Assembly: GCA_973895155.1 (NCBI GenBank)
Contig: OZ316897.1
Span: forward strand, 7,864,470 to 7,928,469
DNA length: 64,000 nt
Reading direction: 5' to 3'
Source of the DNA: Marsupella aquatica
Lineage: Eukaryota; Plantae; Marchantiophyta
The position numbers and the translations under genes are program-made. This document shows positions 35,643 to 48,125 of this stretch, piece by piece (within the stretch, counting starts at the first letter, position 1; the number at the start of each line of letters is the position of its first letter). Below the pieces are notes generated by a model that saw nothing but the letters and a program-made list of their open reading frames with translations, had not been told where the DNA came from and did not search any database.

Positions 35643-37100
35643 CTATTCGTCATTGAGGAAACCTCCAGGCCCACTGTTGAATTCCAATGTATGTTGCATC
35701 ACACGCCTCTGCAATGCCCGACCTGCAACTCAGGATGCCTCATTCTGAGCTATAGTGGCACCTGTCTCTTCTCTCATGTTCTATGAGTCCCCACTCCCTG
35801 CCTCATCAAAATCCATCAATTCCAACGGGCATAATTCCATATCTTCCTGTCTCCAATCATCCTTCATGAACAAAACAAAATTGTGCAGCAATGTGCACAC
35901 TCTAATCCAACGGCACATTCATACATTGTCCTTTTTCTTGTTCAGTTGTGTCCTTATCTCCTTGAGTGAAAACCATTGAGATTTTAGGACACCAATGTAG
36001 TGTTCATTCATGTATTGTGTTTTTGACACACAAGTGTTGAATTGTTCTTTGTCTCTTTGTTGATATGTATTCTTATAACTTGCTACCATGTGTAGAGCAT
36101 TAACATATCCAACGTCCCCCATGATATATTGACCTTCATCAAAATATGAGTTTGAATGGATCTCAGCCCATAGTTGTGATTGCTTCAGACATGTAATGTC
36201 TTGGCAAGAACCTGGCATTCCTACCACAGCCCCCAACAGAATTTAGAGACATGCAAAAAGATCCACTGGAGCAACACTATTTGTCCAATTCAAGCTAAAA
36301 CATTCCAAGCTTGATACAAAATAGATATAACTCATCAGAATAGACACAAGTTATCTTCCTCCTATGGTCACATACTACTTGAGCATTGATTGAATACCTT
36401 GATTTTTGATCAGAGTAACATTCCCCCATCAATCGCTGGGCGTTGTGAAAGAGGCAGTAATGTGCCAACAATCACCCCCACAGCCTGGAAAACCTGTTTC
36501 GGAAAATTCACTTGTCTTGGCAAATTATGTTGAAATGGTAATCCTCTCCTCTGTGTTTGGCCAGGCCACGTAATAAGCAAGGGCACTTTCCAGTGCTGCC
36601 ACACCCTAGTTGTATAGTTGACACAACTACCAACATTGAGACCCCAAAGGAGCAAGGTTCGTCTCAAGCAAACTCCATTGCCATAGTGTCCTAACCTGTC
36701 CAAACAAGTTACCAATTGAAGAGAAACGGGGGCCTGATCATGCAAGGAGTTGTTACTGAACATTGGGTGTGCGCATCTCTATTAAAGTCACGAGCTGGAA
36801 GAAGGCCTTTTTATCCATCCGACACATTTGTCTAAACAAATCAGGTGACAAAACATGCCTGAAAAAATCATCAACAAACTGTTTGGATTGAACTCTTTTG
36901 GTCCGAGGTAAGAACCTTTGGCTTTCTATTACAAAATTCAACTCCAACCATTCACCAGGTTTGGCCCCAATATCAGTGGGATCAGTGACCCCAGCTTCAA
37001 AATTGCTCGATGAGTCCAAGTCCATGATAGAATCACTTACGGTGGAATTGAAAGCACTTTCATCACTACTGCTGGCTGAGCCGTCAGAGCTAGTGGACAT
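35643..37100 (-). pseudogene. Harbinger-1 DDE transposase (HARBI1-like), decayed
   Basis: FRQMCRMDKKAFFQLV, QLVTCLDRLGHYGNG, GVIVGTLLPL (catalytic D of IDGT changed to V), YSINAQVVCD, GMPGSCQD, YIMGDVGY and NEHYIGVLKSQW, with several frameshifts. Confidence 0.88.
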
Positions 37101-37431
37101 GAAGTCCTCATCCTTGTTGGAACTTACACAAAGAATGTTGGAATAAAGCTGTGATCAAACCCATTTTAGACATTGTTGTCGATTGGAGACTTTCGGCATG
37201 TTCACAGTGAATGGATATAAGGAAGTTGCATCAAATGCACACCATGCCCATGTAGCTCTCATTCATTTGCAGAATTGCACACCGTTCACAAAAAGTATCT
37301 GACATCTAAGATGGAGCTCCCCACAGGAGTTTGCATTTATAATTATATAAAAGCGGCATAAGCCTACAAAATGATGCACCCAATGTGCTCTGACAACACA
37401 ATGGTTGCACAACTATCAACCTTCAATGCCC

Positions 37432-38330
37432 TCAATCACTGTTCTCAATTTCTGCTGACTGAATGGCTTTGCAGAGATCCTCAAGCAAGCCCTTTCTTGG
37501 AGTTGACTTCATGGCTTTCGTTGGTGTGTTGGGAACCGGCTGTTCAGGAGTGGACAACCCTCTCAACATGGCAGGAAGGGCAACTTTTGCGGCATCCAAC
37601 AAAGTCAAATATGTTGCAGAAACCCCTTTATTAGAGGACCGAAGATGAATCTTGACTCGTGGGGTGCTCTCCATTATGGATGTCACATATGCAAGTTGTT
37701 TAGTCTCAAAGCAAGACCTAAAGTTTGCAACAATACATCCAAGCAAAACAATAGCTGAATCCCACAAATTCACATGAAGAGGAGGAACACTTGGATAAAT
37801 GGCATCAAAACAAATCACTTGGAATCTGTATTGGGAAGTGCCTAGTAGGTTATGACCGCAATGAGACCCAAACTCAAGGGATTTTGCACAGGAAAGTCCA
37901 CCAGGAAACCTATATGGGCAGGCTGCATAAAGAAATTTATGTGGGAATGGATTGGGGGCCACAAAATTGGCAATCCACACTATAGAGGTGGATAAGAGAT
38001 GGTCTGATCACTCGGCCTAAACTCCTCCACATCTGAGAGACAAGTCCACTTAGCCATAAATTATCTTCCTGTCAAAAAAATGGCAGACATCAATTGGGAA
38101 CCCATAGGAAACCTAGACCTGGAAGAGGCAATCCAGGAAGCACGAAGAACGTGACAATGAATTGTCCATTGCCTTAGATTGATAGTCTAACTAAAAATGG
38201 CCAAAATAGTAGGCTGAGAAATGGAGATGCACCTTTCTGCACTTTGGAGCGACCAGCTTCAAAATCTGGATAGTGTCCTATTCTGTAGGAATTGCACGCA
38301 AACTCCTCAAGCAAATGTAAGTCCTGAAAT
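37432..38330 (-). pseudogene. RPA70 C-terminal-like Zn-ribbon OB-fold gene, copy 2, inside Harbinger-1
   Basis: FLYAACP..CAKSL..HCGH..QYRFQVICFD..VNLWDSAIVLLGC follows the RPA1 DBD-C pattern (YxAC..CxKK..C..YR...D...vt.F..Ae.llG). An upstream exon lies at ~38234-38323, and the linker contains stops. Confidence 0.65.
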
Positions 38331-38777
38331 CAATTCACATCAATTTCCCACCGGGAATTGCATTGAGCCCTAAATTAGTCTGTCACGTATCTAACATCAG
38401 CATTTCCATTCAACAGCTTTCAATCAATCCTGCTATTCACAATAACATCAACCAATCAAACCTGAAATCACTATAGAACAAAAGGCTACAGAACCAAACT
38501 AAGCAAACTTGAACCGAACTAAGAAAACTATCTCAGACAGATTTTTGGACCCATCCTCAATGCAAAGTCCAAAGTCCTATGCAATGTGCATTCTATGTCA
38601 ACATCGAGGCTTGAGGAGAATGAAAGACAAAATGGCACCAGAGAAAATCTCTCAGCAACACCACGCAAACTTAGCTCGCATCCTCACGTTCGTATGAGCA
38701 ACATGTCATAAAGGTAGGCCTCATCAACTAAGCTCATGCACAAAGCTCAAGCTCACTCGTTGAAGTTCAAACTGCCA

Positions 38778-38978
38778 TGCCTCGCGGTGCTCTCATCAAC
38801 ATGCTTGGCCTCGGCGCCTTGCAGTGTTCTCATTGACCTGCTTGTGAGGATTTGCCTTGATGCCTCGCGGTGTTCTCGTTGACCTGCTTTGCCTCGGCGG
38901 CTCGCAGTGTTCTCATTGACCTGCTTGTGAGGATTCGCCTTGACGCCTCGCGGTGTTCTTGTCGACCTGCTTTGCGAG
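38778..38978. repeat. ~83-bp tandem repeat (about 2.4 copies), subterminal in Harbinger-1
   Basis: GCCTCGCGGTGTTCTC..GACCTGCTT..CAGTGTTCTCATTGACCTGCTTGTGAGGATT.GCCTTGA is repeated. Confidence 0.8.
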
Positions 38979-39882
38979 GTTTAGACTAAGGTTTTAGACG
39001 GGCAGGGGTAGCGAGTAACGGTCAAAAAATAAGCAACAGCCATCAGCAAAAGCCTACTGGTCGCCCATCATTTTTTTGTCTGGGGCCGTTCCAAAGCAAA
39101 CCTGGGCAAGAACATTTGGTCGCAACTTCAATATTGAGTCCCCCTATTAGGTCTCCAAAACACAATTTTCTGGGTTGCGGGCAAATGGAAATAAACTGGT
39201 GATGCCCTCAATTCAAAGTAGGGGTTGGTCAAGTTGAGGGTTGAGGGCCCTTTGAGGGCTAATGGAATACACAACTTAGGACAGTATTCCATCAGCCCTC
39301 AAAGCCTCCTTTGAGGGTTTCGCGCAGATCTCCACACTCCTGGGAGAGTATCGTAGCCATTTGTCAAGTGAGGGCAACCCTCCAATACCAAATGAGAGTG
39401 GATGGCCCAGCAAGCCTTCCACTCTGTTTTGTGGGCCCTCACGATGACCGGTGCAATCGGGAACCAAGTCGACATAGCATTTGTGACTGACTACTGTCGG
39501 TCTGTAGTCAGTCGGACGACGGGGAACCCTAAACCCTAAACACATCACATCGACCTGAAGCAAGCAAATTCATGGCGCTACCGTGATTATTTGGGTTTCT
39601 TTACTGAATTTGACGTGCAACTGAATGGAGATTGCGGCGAATACATCCTTGTTGGGGGAAATTGCTATGCACTCACACATTCGAGTCTTCAACCTTGCAA
39701 GAATCCTCACATTCGACAGAAGGAATTCACTGGAGGTGGTTGTTGGTAAATGTTTGCTTTCTACTCTCTGTTGTTGTGGAATGAATGTTGTCAATTCAAG
39801 CCTTCATTCTGTCTTTGTATGTCGTCATCTTTGTGCTGATTGTTCTCTAGGTTCTTTCAGGGAATTCTGTGGAAATTTCACT

Positions 39883-41005
39883 ATGCGATCAAGTTCCTTT
39901 GCAGATTCTACGTTTTCCGGAACAATGTCAACTCAAGCGACCACTGGAAGTGATGAAAGCGGAGTAGAAGATTCAAACCATGGAGCTAGTGGAGTAGGAG
40001 CTCCTAGGAATGACAATTTCAATGGTTGACCTCCTCCACATAGTGCAGCTGGTGCGAGAGCAGCTGGAAATCAAAATTTGAATACCAGCAATGATCTGAG
40101 CTCCAGTAGGCAATGTCCGAAACTCCATGAATTGTGTCTGTTGATTTTAGTTAAGCGCATGGAACATGAAGCCTCTTTGAATCATTCATCAAGGGACAGG
40201 ATAAAAACCGCAGCTCAGAAGTGGAGGGAAATTCAATCTGCCATGGCCAAAGAAGGGGTGTTGAGGCAGGCAATGCAGATGGAGAAACGTTGGGAAAGAC
40301 TAGTGATCGACTTCAAGAAAGTGTATGATTACCAAAACCACGTAGGGAGCGGACAAGAGAGCTACTAAGAACTGGGGAGTGTCGACAGGAAAGACAAGAA
40401 ACTCCCGGTGAATTTTGCCCATGAGCTTTTTCAGAACTTGGAGTGTTGGATGGGCACACATAGGGCTCTCAACCCATCACCAAACCAGGTCGTGGACAAT
40501 GGAGATGTTCACAAAGACAACACGCAACAAGTTGGGGAATTCATGTCAGAACACACGACACCATTCACAAATACAACCACCCTAGGAGACGATGTGGAAG
40601 ACAACTCTCCACCATCACATCCAATGGAAGCATCATCGGCAGAAGGTGATGGCCAGCAAAGGATGCCATCAACTGGAGAACATAATGGGCAGCACCCGGG
40701 GCAGCACCGAAGGACGCCATCAAATGGAGAACATGATGGGCAGCAGCGAACGCCACCATCCGGAAGTCAATATACAGGGGTGAAGAAAAGTCAAAGAGAT
40801 AAACTAGATGACCAATTCAAGATGACAACTACCAGTTTTTTAGATTATCTTGGTAAAGACTCTGAGATGAAATCGTTTCAAGAAGGAGAGGCATCACGAA
40901 GTTTTAGAGCACCAGTCAAAGACAACTGAGACAATGTCGAATGCTATCAAAGGAATTGCAGATTCGATTCGCTTTTTTGCAACAGAAATGGCAAAAAAGA
41001 AATAG
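39883..41005 (+). pseudogene. Harbinger-2 Myb/trihelix (GT-1-like) DNA-binding ORF1
   Basis: KWREIQSAMAKEGVLRQAMQMEKRWERLVIDFKKVYDYQ..SY*ELGSVDRKDKKLPVNF. In-frame stops at 40027 and 40366, and a frameshift near the 3' end. Confidence 0.85.
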
Positions 41006-41249
41006 TCAGTTGCAAGCAAGGTTGCAAGTCCAGTTGCTGTTTCACTGAACTGAACGTAGATACTTTTCACTTAACTTTCGGATTGCAAAACCCCCGATGA
41101 CAATCAGCTTATTCAACTGAAAGAGCAACAAAGCATTCAATGTTAACAAGCAGTGAAACTTGGCCACTGTGTACAGGTATATGCAAAATCTCTTTATAAT
41201 TGGAGTGCACGAAGTTTATGAATGAGGACCTCATTGCATGTTGTAGATG

Positions 41250-41926
41250 CATTATAGTGTTCCATTCATCCTCCTGACATGCTTACAAAATTTGAGAGCT
41301 ATAGATTGTTGAAAACGGAGCCCCCATCTCTACTAGTTTGTTGTCCATACAAAATTGCTACCCAAAACTACAAAATAAACCTCGTTGCTACTCTGCAAAA
41401 TAACTTCAAAACTTTTATTGGACCCTTGCACCGGGTTGTGTGCTCTCGAATTTGTTCGACAACGTGCACAAAACATTTCACTTGGCATCCAACAATCGCT
41501 TGAACAGGGTGAGGGATACTGCCATCGGTATCCCCCATGTTTCACACCATCTCCGGAGCTGCCATCACTGTCATGTTGCCCCTCTCAAGCTTCCCGCTCC
41601 CGCTCCTCTTCTCTATTCCAAATGTTTGTCAACCTTCGCCTGACTACCCCTTTCCTTCTGGACTTGTACTTCTTCACTACAGCCAATGGGCCGATGCGGC
41701 CATATGGTGACTGTGGTTTTGGCTGAGGTGCGTTGGTAGCCTCCTTCCCATCATCTTCTTTCTGCACACCCACATCATTTCCCAACTTTGAGCCTTTGTC
41801 GTTTGAAAGTGTAGCACTATCTGACGATATCTCAATGACCTCGTGATTTGCATTGGAGTCCAGACTTGTATGCCCAACTCCACTTCCAAGACGGGTAGCA
41901 CGAGAAAAAACAATTTTTGGAGGCAT
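41250..41926 (-). pseudogene. Extra third ORF inside Harbinger-2, function unknown
   Basis: ORFs 41585-41926 and 41333-41545 are in the same frame, separated by a single TGA. The protein contains EVIEISSD, a basic patch and a C-x3-C..C-x2-C cluster. Confidence 0.4.
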
Positions 41927-42607
41927 ATTGAATCCACAGCAACTGAAGACTGCAACAACGAGACGACGTGATCGCTAGCTGATACCGCAAATTAAAATGC
42001 ACTGTCTCCTTAAAATCCAAAACCTACTCCCACCTTTTTCGCAAAAACAAATGGCAGCTGAATGAGGTGACTCCCCACAAAACAATTGCATACAATTGAA
42101 CACTAAGAGAGGCAGAGCACACAATCGACAGCTAACCAGAAAGCGAGCAAGTGTGACAAGACCCTAATAAGTAGCTCTCCACCAAGTGCAACCAAGTGCG
42201 AGTAAAGATTTGCACAGACTGCTCAATATCTATACTGGTCCCAAGAATGTGTTCATTGCTTTCTCTCCCTCACGCAACCAGTCACGTGAAACTGTCACAA
42301 GAGATGCGCAAACAACGAGGTGCCTGGCTTTACTGCACCTCGCGCAAGCGGGAGCGTGAGAATCTAATTTTGATGTGACTTGCCCCTCGGTACTTGCCCC
42401 TCGGTACTTGCAAATCCATGAATGAGTCCTGACATTGCGTACTTTAATGAATGTCGAAGACTATGGGAACCAACTTATGGTACAGATTTTCCCTTGCCCC
42501 TTTCATCAATTCCTCCAATGTAAAATCATGTGAAGATGTGACCTACCCCTCGGTATTTGACAGCCCCAATAATGAGTCTATTGACAATTCAAATGTACTG
42601 GACTATG

Positions 42608-43998
42608 TTACACTCTTCTATTTCTTTTGTGTTGATCAGAAAACCAGACCTCATTCAATAAATTGTCCCGTGCCTCAGGGCCCCCTTCCATATATTCTCT
42701 ACGAGGGACATGGACTCCATTGTATCCTCCCGGATGGGCAGTGATACCATGGAGTAAATCAGGGCAAAAAGACTCGCCTCTCTCAATCAGAAAATTATGT
42801 AAAAGACAACAAGAATAGATCATTGGCCCAATTCTTTCCTTTCTAGGTTTCCACAAAATTCGACTCAGAATCCGCCAGGTTGCTTTCAGCTGCCCAAAAG
42901 CTCTTTCAACTGCCATCCTACTTTGTGAGTGCCGGTAGTTCCACCAATCATGCTCTGCTGCAATCCCCCGTGTGAACGGCACCATTAACCATGGATACAA
43001 GGGGTAACCCGCATCGCCGAGTATGTATTCTCTCAAAACTGACTCTCCATCTTGACAGTGATATTCCAAGCCGTGCAACTTGGTTCGTCTATATTCAACA
43101 TCCCTAAAAAAAGTTGACACTCTGAGTAGGCTCGTGTCCTAAATGCTACCGGGCCATCCAGCCACAACATCCAAAAACCTGAGTTTCAAATCAACAATAG
43201 CTTGCATAGAAACTGAAGTTTTTTTCTTGAAATCATAATAGTCTTGGCTACGCTCTGCTAAAGGTAACTCCACAGGAAAGTGTGTGCCATCGATTGCACC
43301 ACAGCAATTGGGGAATCCCCAACGTCCAAGGAATTGTCTTTTGACATCCTCCAATTCTAGTCCGACTGGCCATTTGATAAGCCGTCTGCCTCGGTTATTA
43401 ACAGCTTGAATGAACTTCCAAGTTACCTTGATCACAGTGGAGCAAGAAACCCCGAACAACTCTGCAATTCCAAGAAACTGATCTCCAATGGAAAGTCTCC
43501 GTAGGGAAATTAATTGCTACTTGGTCTCTGTACCGACAGTCGTCTATTTGGCAAACTATAGAATGCTAGTGGTGGATTTGTGACCATTTCATCGTGTACC
43601 ATCTCGCAGATGGCATCAAATGTACTGGGGCTGACACGGAAGAATTCTTTAAACCTATCAGGATCGTCATAAGGTACGCAATCAATAAAGAGATAAAACC
43701 ATTGAATGCTCCGTGGTTTGATGTACCACCTGGATTCAATCTCCCTTTTCATCATGAAAAAGCTTCGGATAACTTGAATGAATAACCAGACTGTCTTCCA
43801 TTCTGTGTCACTCCCACGTCGCCTCTTTCTTGACATCATCATGTTGCTGCTTCGCCCAGAATGTAACGGCCCATATATGGTTCCAGTCATAACCGAAACA
43901 GCAAGTGAGGCAGCCACTGCTGCATTGGTAATTACAAAAGCAACCATGGATTCCAATGTTGTCATTGTTGAACCATTGTCTTCATGAGTTGAATCCAT
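42608..43998 (-). pseudogene. Harbinger-2 DDE transposase (HARBI1/ALP1-like)
   Basis: FKEFFRVSPSTFDAIC, GFPNCCGAIDGTHFP, SMQAIVD..RFLDVVAGWPGSI*D, ILGDAGYPLYPWLMVPF, HSQSRMAVERAFGQLKATWRIL and CCLLHNF. One frameshift near 43515 and one TAG at 43139. Confidence 0.93.
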
Positions 43999-44304
43999 CA
44001 ATTCATAACCACTATCAAGGTTTCTGCAAGACTCGTTCCCTTTGGTTTTGGCTGACGTGCCCCTTGGTAATTACAAATCCTCCCTGTGCCGTAGTAGTGT
44101 CAACTTTCGCTGTCACGGTTCACCGTTACTTGTTGCCCGTCCGCCGTCGGTTTCCTAAACTGAAAATGTGTCAGGAAAGGGTCCGATGGAATGAACTTTG
44201 AGTTCACCCTCAAACACAAAAGGGGGCAAGTGCGTTTGAGGGTGAGGAAACACTCGAGGGCTGATGGAATACTGCCCTTAGATCAGTTTTCTTAATACGC
44301 AGAT

Positions 44305-44432
44305 AAGAAGAGTGCATTGTAATAAATAGAAAAAATATTGTGACAAGAAGAGTGCATTGTAATAAATAGAAAAAAAAATTGCGACAAGGAGAGTGCATTG
44401 TAATAAATAGAAATTTTTTTGTGACAATGCAT
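44305..44432. repeat. ~40-bp tandem repeat, three copies, in the ICT1 upstream region
   Basis: AAGAAGAGTGCATTGTAATAAATAGAAAAAA.ATTG.GAC occurs three times. Confidence 0.85.
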
Positions 44433-44630
44433 CTATGATGCAATTATATCAAAAAAGAATGGTAACCCTAATATATACTAGTTTACCCACAAGCTTCCCA
44501 AAAAAACGGAACGCGGCCTTCTTGTTGTTGCTCAGTTAACCAATACCAGCGCAGCTATGGTGGGCGGAGTGCTCACGGCATCCCTTTAGTAGATCGATGA
44601 TACACAATCGAAGCCAGAAGATTGAGAGGG

Positions 44631-47112
44631 ATGGCATCGAAAGTGCTGGCGGGCATGGCTGCCGCGCAGATCGTGAGAGTAGCAGCGCTTCGTCGACTCA
44701 ATTCTCTGTCTTCGTCAGTCCGTCCTTCGTCGACTCAAATCCCCGTCTCAGCACCAGCGGCAGCTATAAGGGCTGCTGCAGCAGGATTGCCGCTGTCCGA
44801 TAGGAGTCTACGGAGATGGCCGGGAGCGAGGAGCATGAGTGGGGGAGATGCCGATTCGGTGGCAGCTGGGGAGAAACGAAGGATGCCAGCAAGGCTTGCG
44901 CAGAAGCAGCAACTCTTGGACGCAGCTCCGGCTTATCCTGATGATGCCAAAGCTCCCATTCCGAAAGTGTCTGTCGGTATGTTTCGTATGCTTACCTTGC
45001 CTTGCTTTGTCCTCAGCTTAAAAGGAAGCCCTCACTGGACGCTGCTGCAACTATTTATAGTACTCATGCGAATGCAATTTAGGGTGAAGCTTTTGTAAAT
45101 ATCAGAGTAGATTGCAGGCTTCATTGAGGAAAACCGTTGTTGAATATTTGAGGTCTGTCGACCAAATCATGATGGCGAGCTAGAGAAAATGCACTTTTGT
45201 CCCTTCCCCTTACAGAGATATTGATTATACACCCAAGAAAATGTAATAAATTGAAATTTGGGGATTGGAAAATAATTATCCTACTGGTTCTGCTTTGGTT
45301 TTCAAATTGATTGTTCTTTGAGTCATTCAGTTATTAGTTTGAGGAATGGTCCTTGAAGATATTCATTCGATCGGTAATTACTTAGAACCTGGTGCCTTTT
45401 GTAAGGGTTGACATTTCTGTATCGAGGCATTCAGTTTGTTAGTGTTGTGGCAAGACTTGTTGACATTTTTGCTGGATTGTGTTGTATGTAGAACACGTTA
45501 CCCTTAGCTTTGCAAGAAGCGGGGGAGCAGGAGGGCAAAATGTGAACAAAGGTGCGTTCGGCTTTCAATTCCAGATGCCTTACAGTTATCTGGACTTCCA
45601 CTCCCAATGATGATCCTAATGTTTCAGCCTTGTCTGATCATCATGAATGACATCTCTTTAAATGAGAATCTGAGGGATTCAGTGGAAGGATCAGGGGAAG
45701 GAATGAGAAATTGCTGGCTCACGATAGACATGTAGCTTGCATCTGGTGGCTGTCACCACGCGTGCCTTACTGACTCATTCTATGACAGATTTGCACGTTT
45801 TCATGCGAACCGAAGCTGAGTATATCTCACACATTTTTAATGATTTGCAGTGAATACGAAGGTGGACATGCGATTCAACGTGATGTCTGCCGATTGGTTG
45901 CCAGAGAGAGTGAGGCTGAAGCTGCTTCAAATGGTCGGTCCATGATCTTGAAGTATTTCAATGTGAGCATCACCTGGTTGTTTGTTTGAGGGGAAAGCTC
46001 GACATTTCTATCTCGTTCTCTCAAGAAAAAATAAAACTGGTTTGCCAGCCGTGTCAGTCTAATGACTGATACTGAACAATGACTTGAGCTTTCCGTCTAG
46101 TTGCTATTCAAATACTAATGACAGAAACAAGGAACAGAAGAACTAAGTACTGCTCTGGTGCCATTCAGGAGAAGAATCGTGTCAATGGAGATGGAGATCT
46201 TGTAGTGTCATCTACCAGGACGAGAACTCAAAAGTGAGTGAGTGTTTTCGGGGGTTGTTTAGTTGGATTTATAGAATTATTTAAGCGTTTGACCTATTTT
46301 TACTGAAACTGTCGTCCTTTCTGGCATTGTGTCTTTTACAGAGGCAACATTGATGACGCTCTTGAAAAGATACAGGTGAGGTGCTATCCTGAAGAATTCT
46401 CAGTTTCTATAACATCTATAAGGTTTTTGCAGGCTCTTTAGTTCTAACTTACCTATCGGTGAAATTTCGTTTTATTTTACTGTAATCAATCTCTGAGCCA
46501 AGTGCGCCTTTCCTCAAAAGTAAAATTACGACTTTTGCCTATTTTCCTCCAGAATTGTCTTCCGCGTAATGTGCAAAAACTGTTGTCGATATGATATTTC
46601 AACACGACTCTCGCGTAGAACAATTCTAGTAGATGTTTGATGAAGCTGTTATAATCACTTTTGATGATTTTGTCCCCAGTTTCTTGATCTTGCTTTCGGC
46701 GTGTAGGCAATGATTGATGCGGCAGCCTATGTGCCTCCACCTCCATCCGAAGAAACCAAAAAGAAAATACAAAAGTTGTAAGTGACCCGATTCTCATAAA
46801 TCGTCGGACTGTCAGTTTCTCAAATCATCTCATCAAATGTGATATTGACGTACACATCTCTCAAAGGAGACTCGTGCAGCCATCACTGGGCTGGCGTCGC
46901 ACTGTTTGTCTGCTGTAGTTCCATGTCCGAAATGTATGGAGCTTCGGCAAGTTTGCAGACTTGAGGTATCCATCAATATTGGAGGGAGTCTGATGGAAAT
47001 CATTTGTGGATTCTTTTTCAGGGCTAGAATAGAGAACGAGAGGAGACTTCAAGACAAGAAGAAGTCATCATCAAAGAAATCAGACAGGCGAAACAAAGGT
47101 AGTTGGGATTAA
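44631..47112 (+). CDS. ICT1: Peptidyl-tRNA hydrolase ICT1/mL62/ArfB-like, organelle-targeted, 7 exons
   Basis: Exons 44631-44976, 45492-45551, 45851-45933, 46169-46233, 46342-46375, 46707-46777 and 47022-47112 give FARSGGAGGQNVNKVNTKVDMRF..NRVNGDGDLVVSSTRTRTQKGNIDDALEKIQ..RRLQDKKKSSSKKSDRR. The N-terminus is an Ala/Ser/Arg-rich transit-like peptide. Confidence 0.93.
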
Positions 47113-48125
47113 AGACCCACTTGCATACTCAGAATGGATAGGACCCGCCAGAATTCCAGAGGTGTTCTAGATTGACACCAGTTCTGCCTCAAGTTGATGA
47201 AATAGAAAACTCTCGCGACAATCATGAGCTTGACTGTACAATAGATGCGTTAGCTGCGATAAGCTTGCTATCTGAGAAGCGCTACGATCATTATGTGAGA
47301 AATTCTACTCCATACAGTTGCTTCTGCAACTTTAGTGTTAATTTTTTACCATTCTTTGAGCGGACGACTTTCAGCCAAAGTCGTCGTTTTACTAGAGTTC
47401 TCTAAAGAGTTTGATATACAAATGTTGTGAGAAATTTGTTGAAATCGATGCTGGTTCCAGGGCTGTTGTCTTGATGTCAACATGCCCTACATATTTATGT
47501 ACAAATGGTATGCAAGCTTTTAGTCACTGATTGTGAATTCACGCACAACTGTGAATATCTACTAATAATTCTGTAGGATGAAGTTTCAAGCGTAAGCAGA
47601 GGCCTCCTCAGCAGTTCTTCTCACTCCCCACGGCATTAGTCTGTTGAATTTATCCTGCTAATTTACTGACCCACACAATTTCATTGTTTAGATGTGTGTT
47701 GTCTCACCACAAATGCGAACTCCACAAAAAGCTAGAGGAGGTCATTGAACCAGGTGCTAATAATTTAGTGCATGACAATCGATGAATCTCTTACTCGGAC
47801 AAGAAAACACGGACTCTCTAGGTACCGATATCCATTAGGTACACTTGGAGGCCCACTTGTTGAGAATTGGAGTGAAAGGTTCCTCGACGTGAGATTATAG
47901 AGCAATATTTTTCATCAGATTGAGAATTGCAAATAAAGCTTCGTCTGTGAATTAAGCATAGCCGGCTTGCTATATGAATTCAGATTTGCTGAGAATTCTC
48001 CAGCACAAGCAATTTGGCTAAGTGGCCTTGTCTGTGAAGCAAAAGCCTGCATAGCCAGCATACTTAGAGCCAACTCGCATGTAGCAGCTCTCTGCATTGC
48101 GGCCCTCAGCAATTGCGAAATCATC

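Larger units (their letters stand above)
22375..39145. mobile_element. PIF/Harbinger DNA transposon 1 (decayed; hosts the nested CACTA)
   Basis: 17-bp TIR AGGGGGACTCAATATTG / CAATATTGAGTCCCCCT with ATT on both flanks (22372-22374 and 39146-39148). It contains a Myb/SANT-like ORF and a Harbinger transposase in convergent orientation. Confidence 0.85.
39279..44277. mobile_element. PIF/Harbinger DNA transposon 2, 5.0 kb, both ends present
   Basis: 22-bp TIR GG(A/G)CAGTATTCCATCAGCCCTC. TTA TSD at 39276-39278 and 44278-44280. It carries a trihelix ORF and a transposase in convergent orientation. Confidence 0.95.

Noticed and set aside
39526-39542. Telomere-like AAACCCTAAACCCTAAA
   Set aside because: Only two units are present; it is better read as a telo-box promoter motif of Harbinger-2 ORF1 than as an interstitial telomere.
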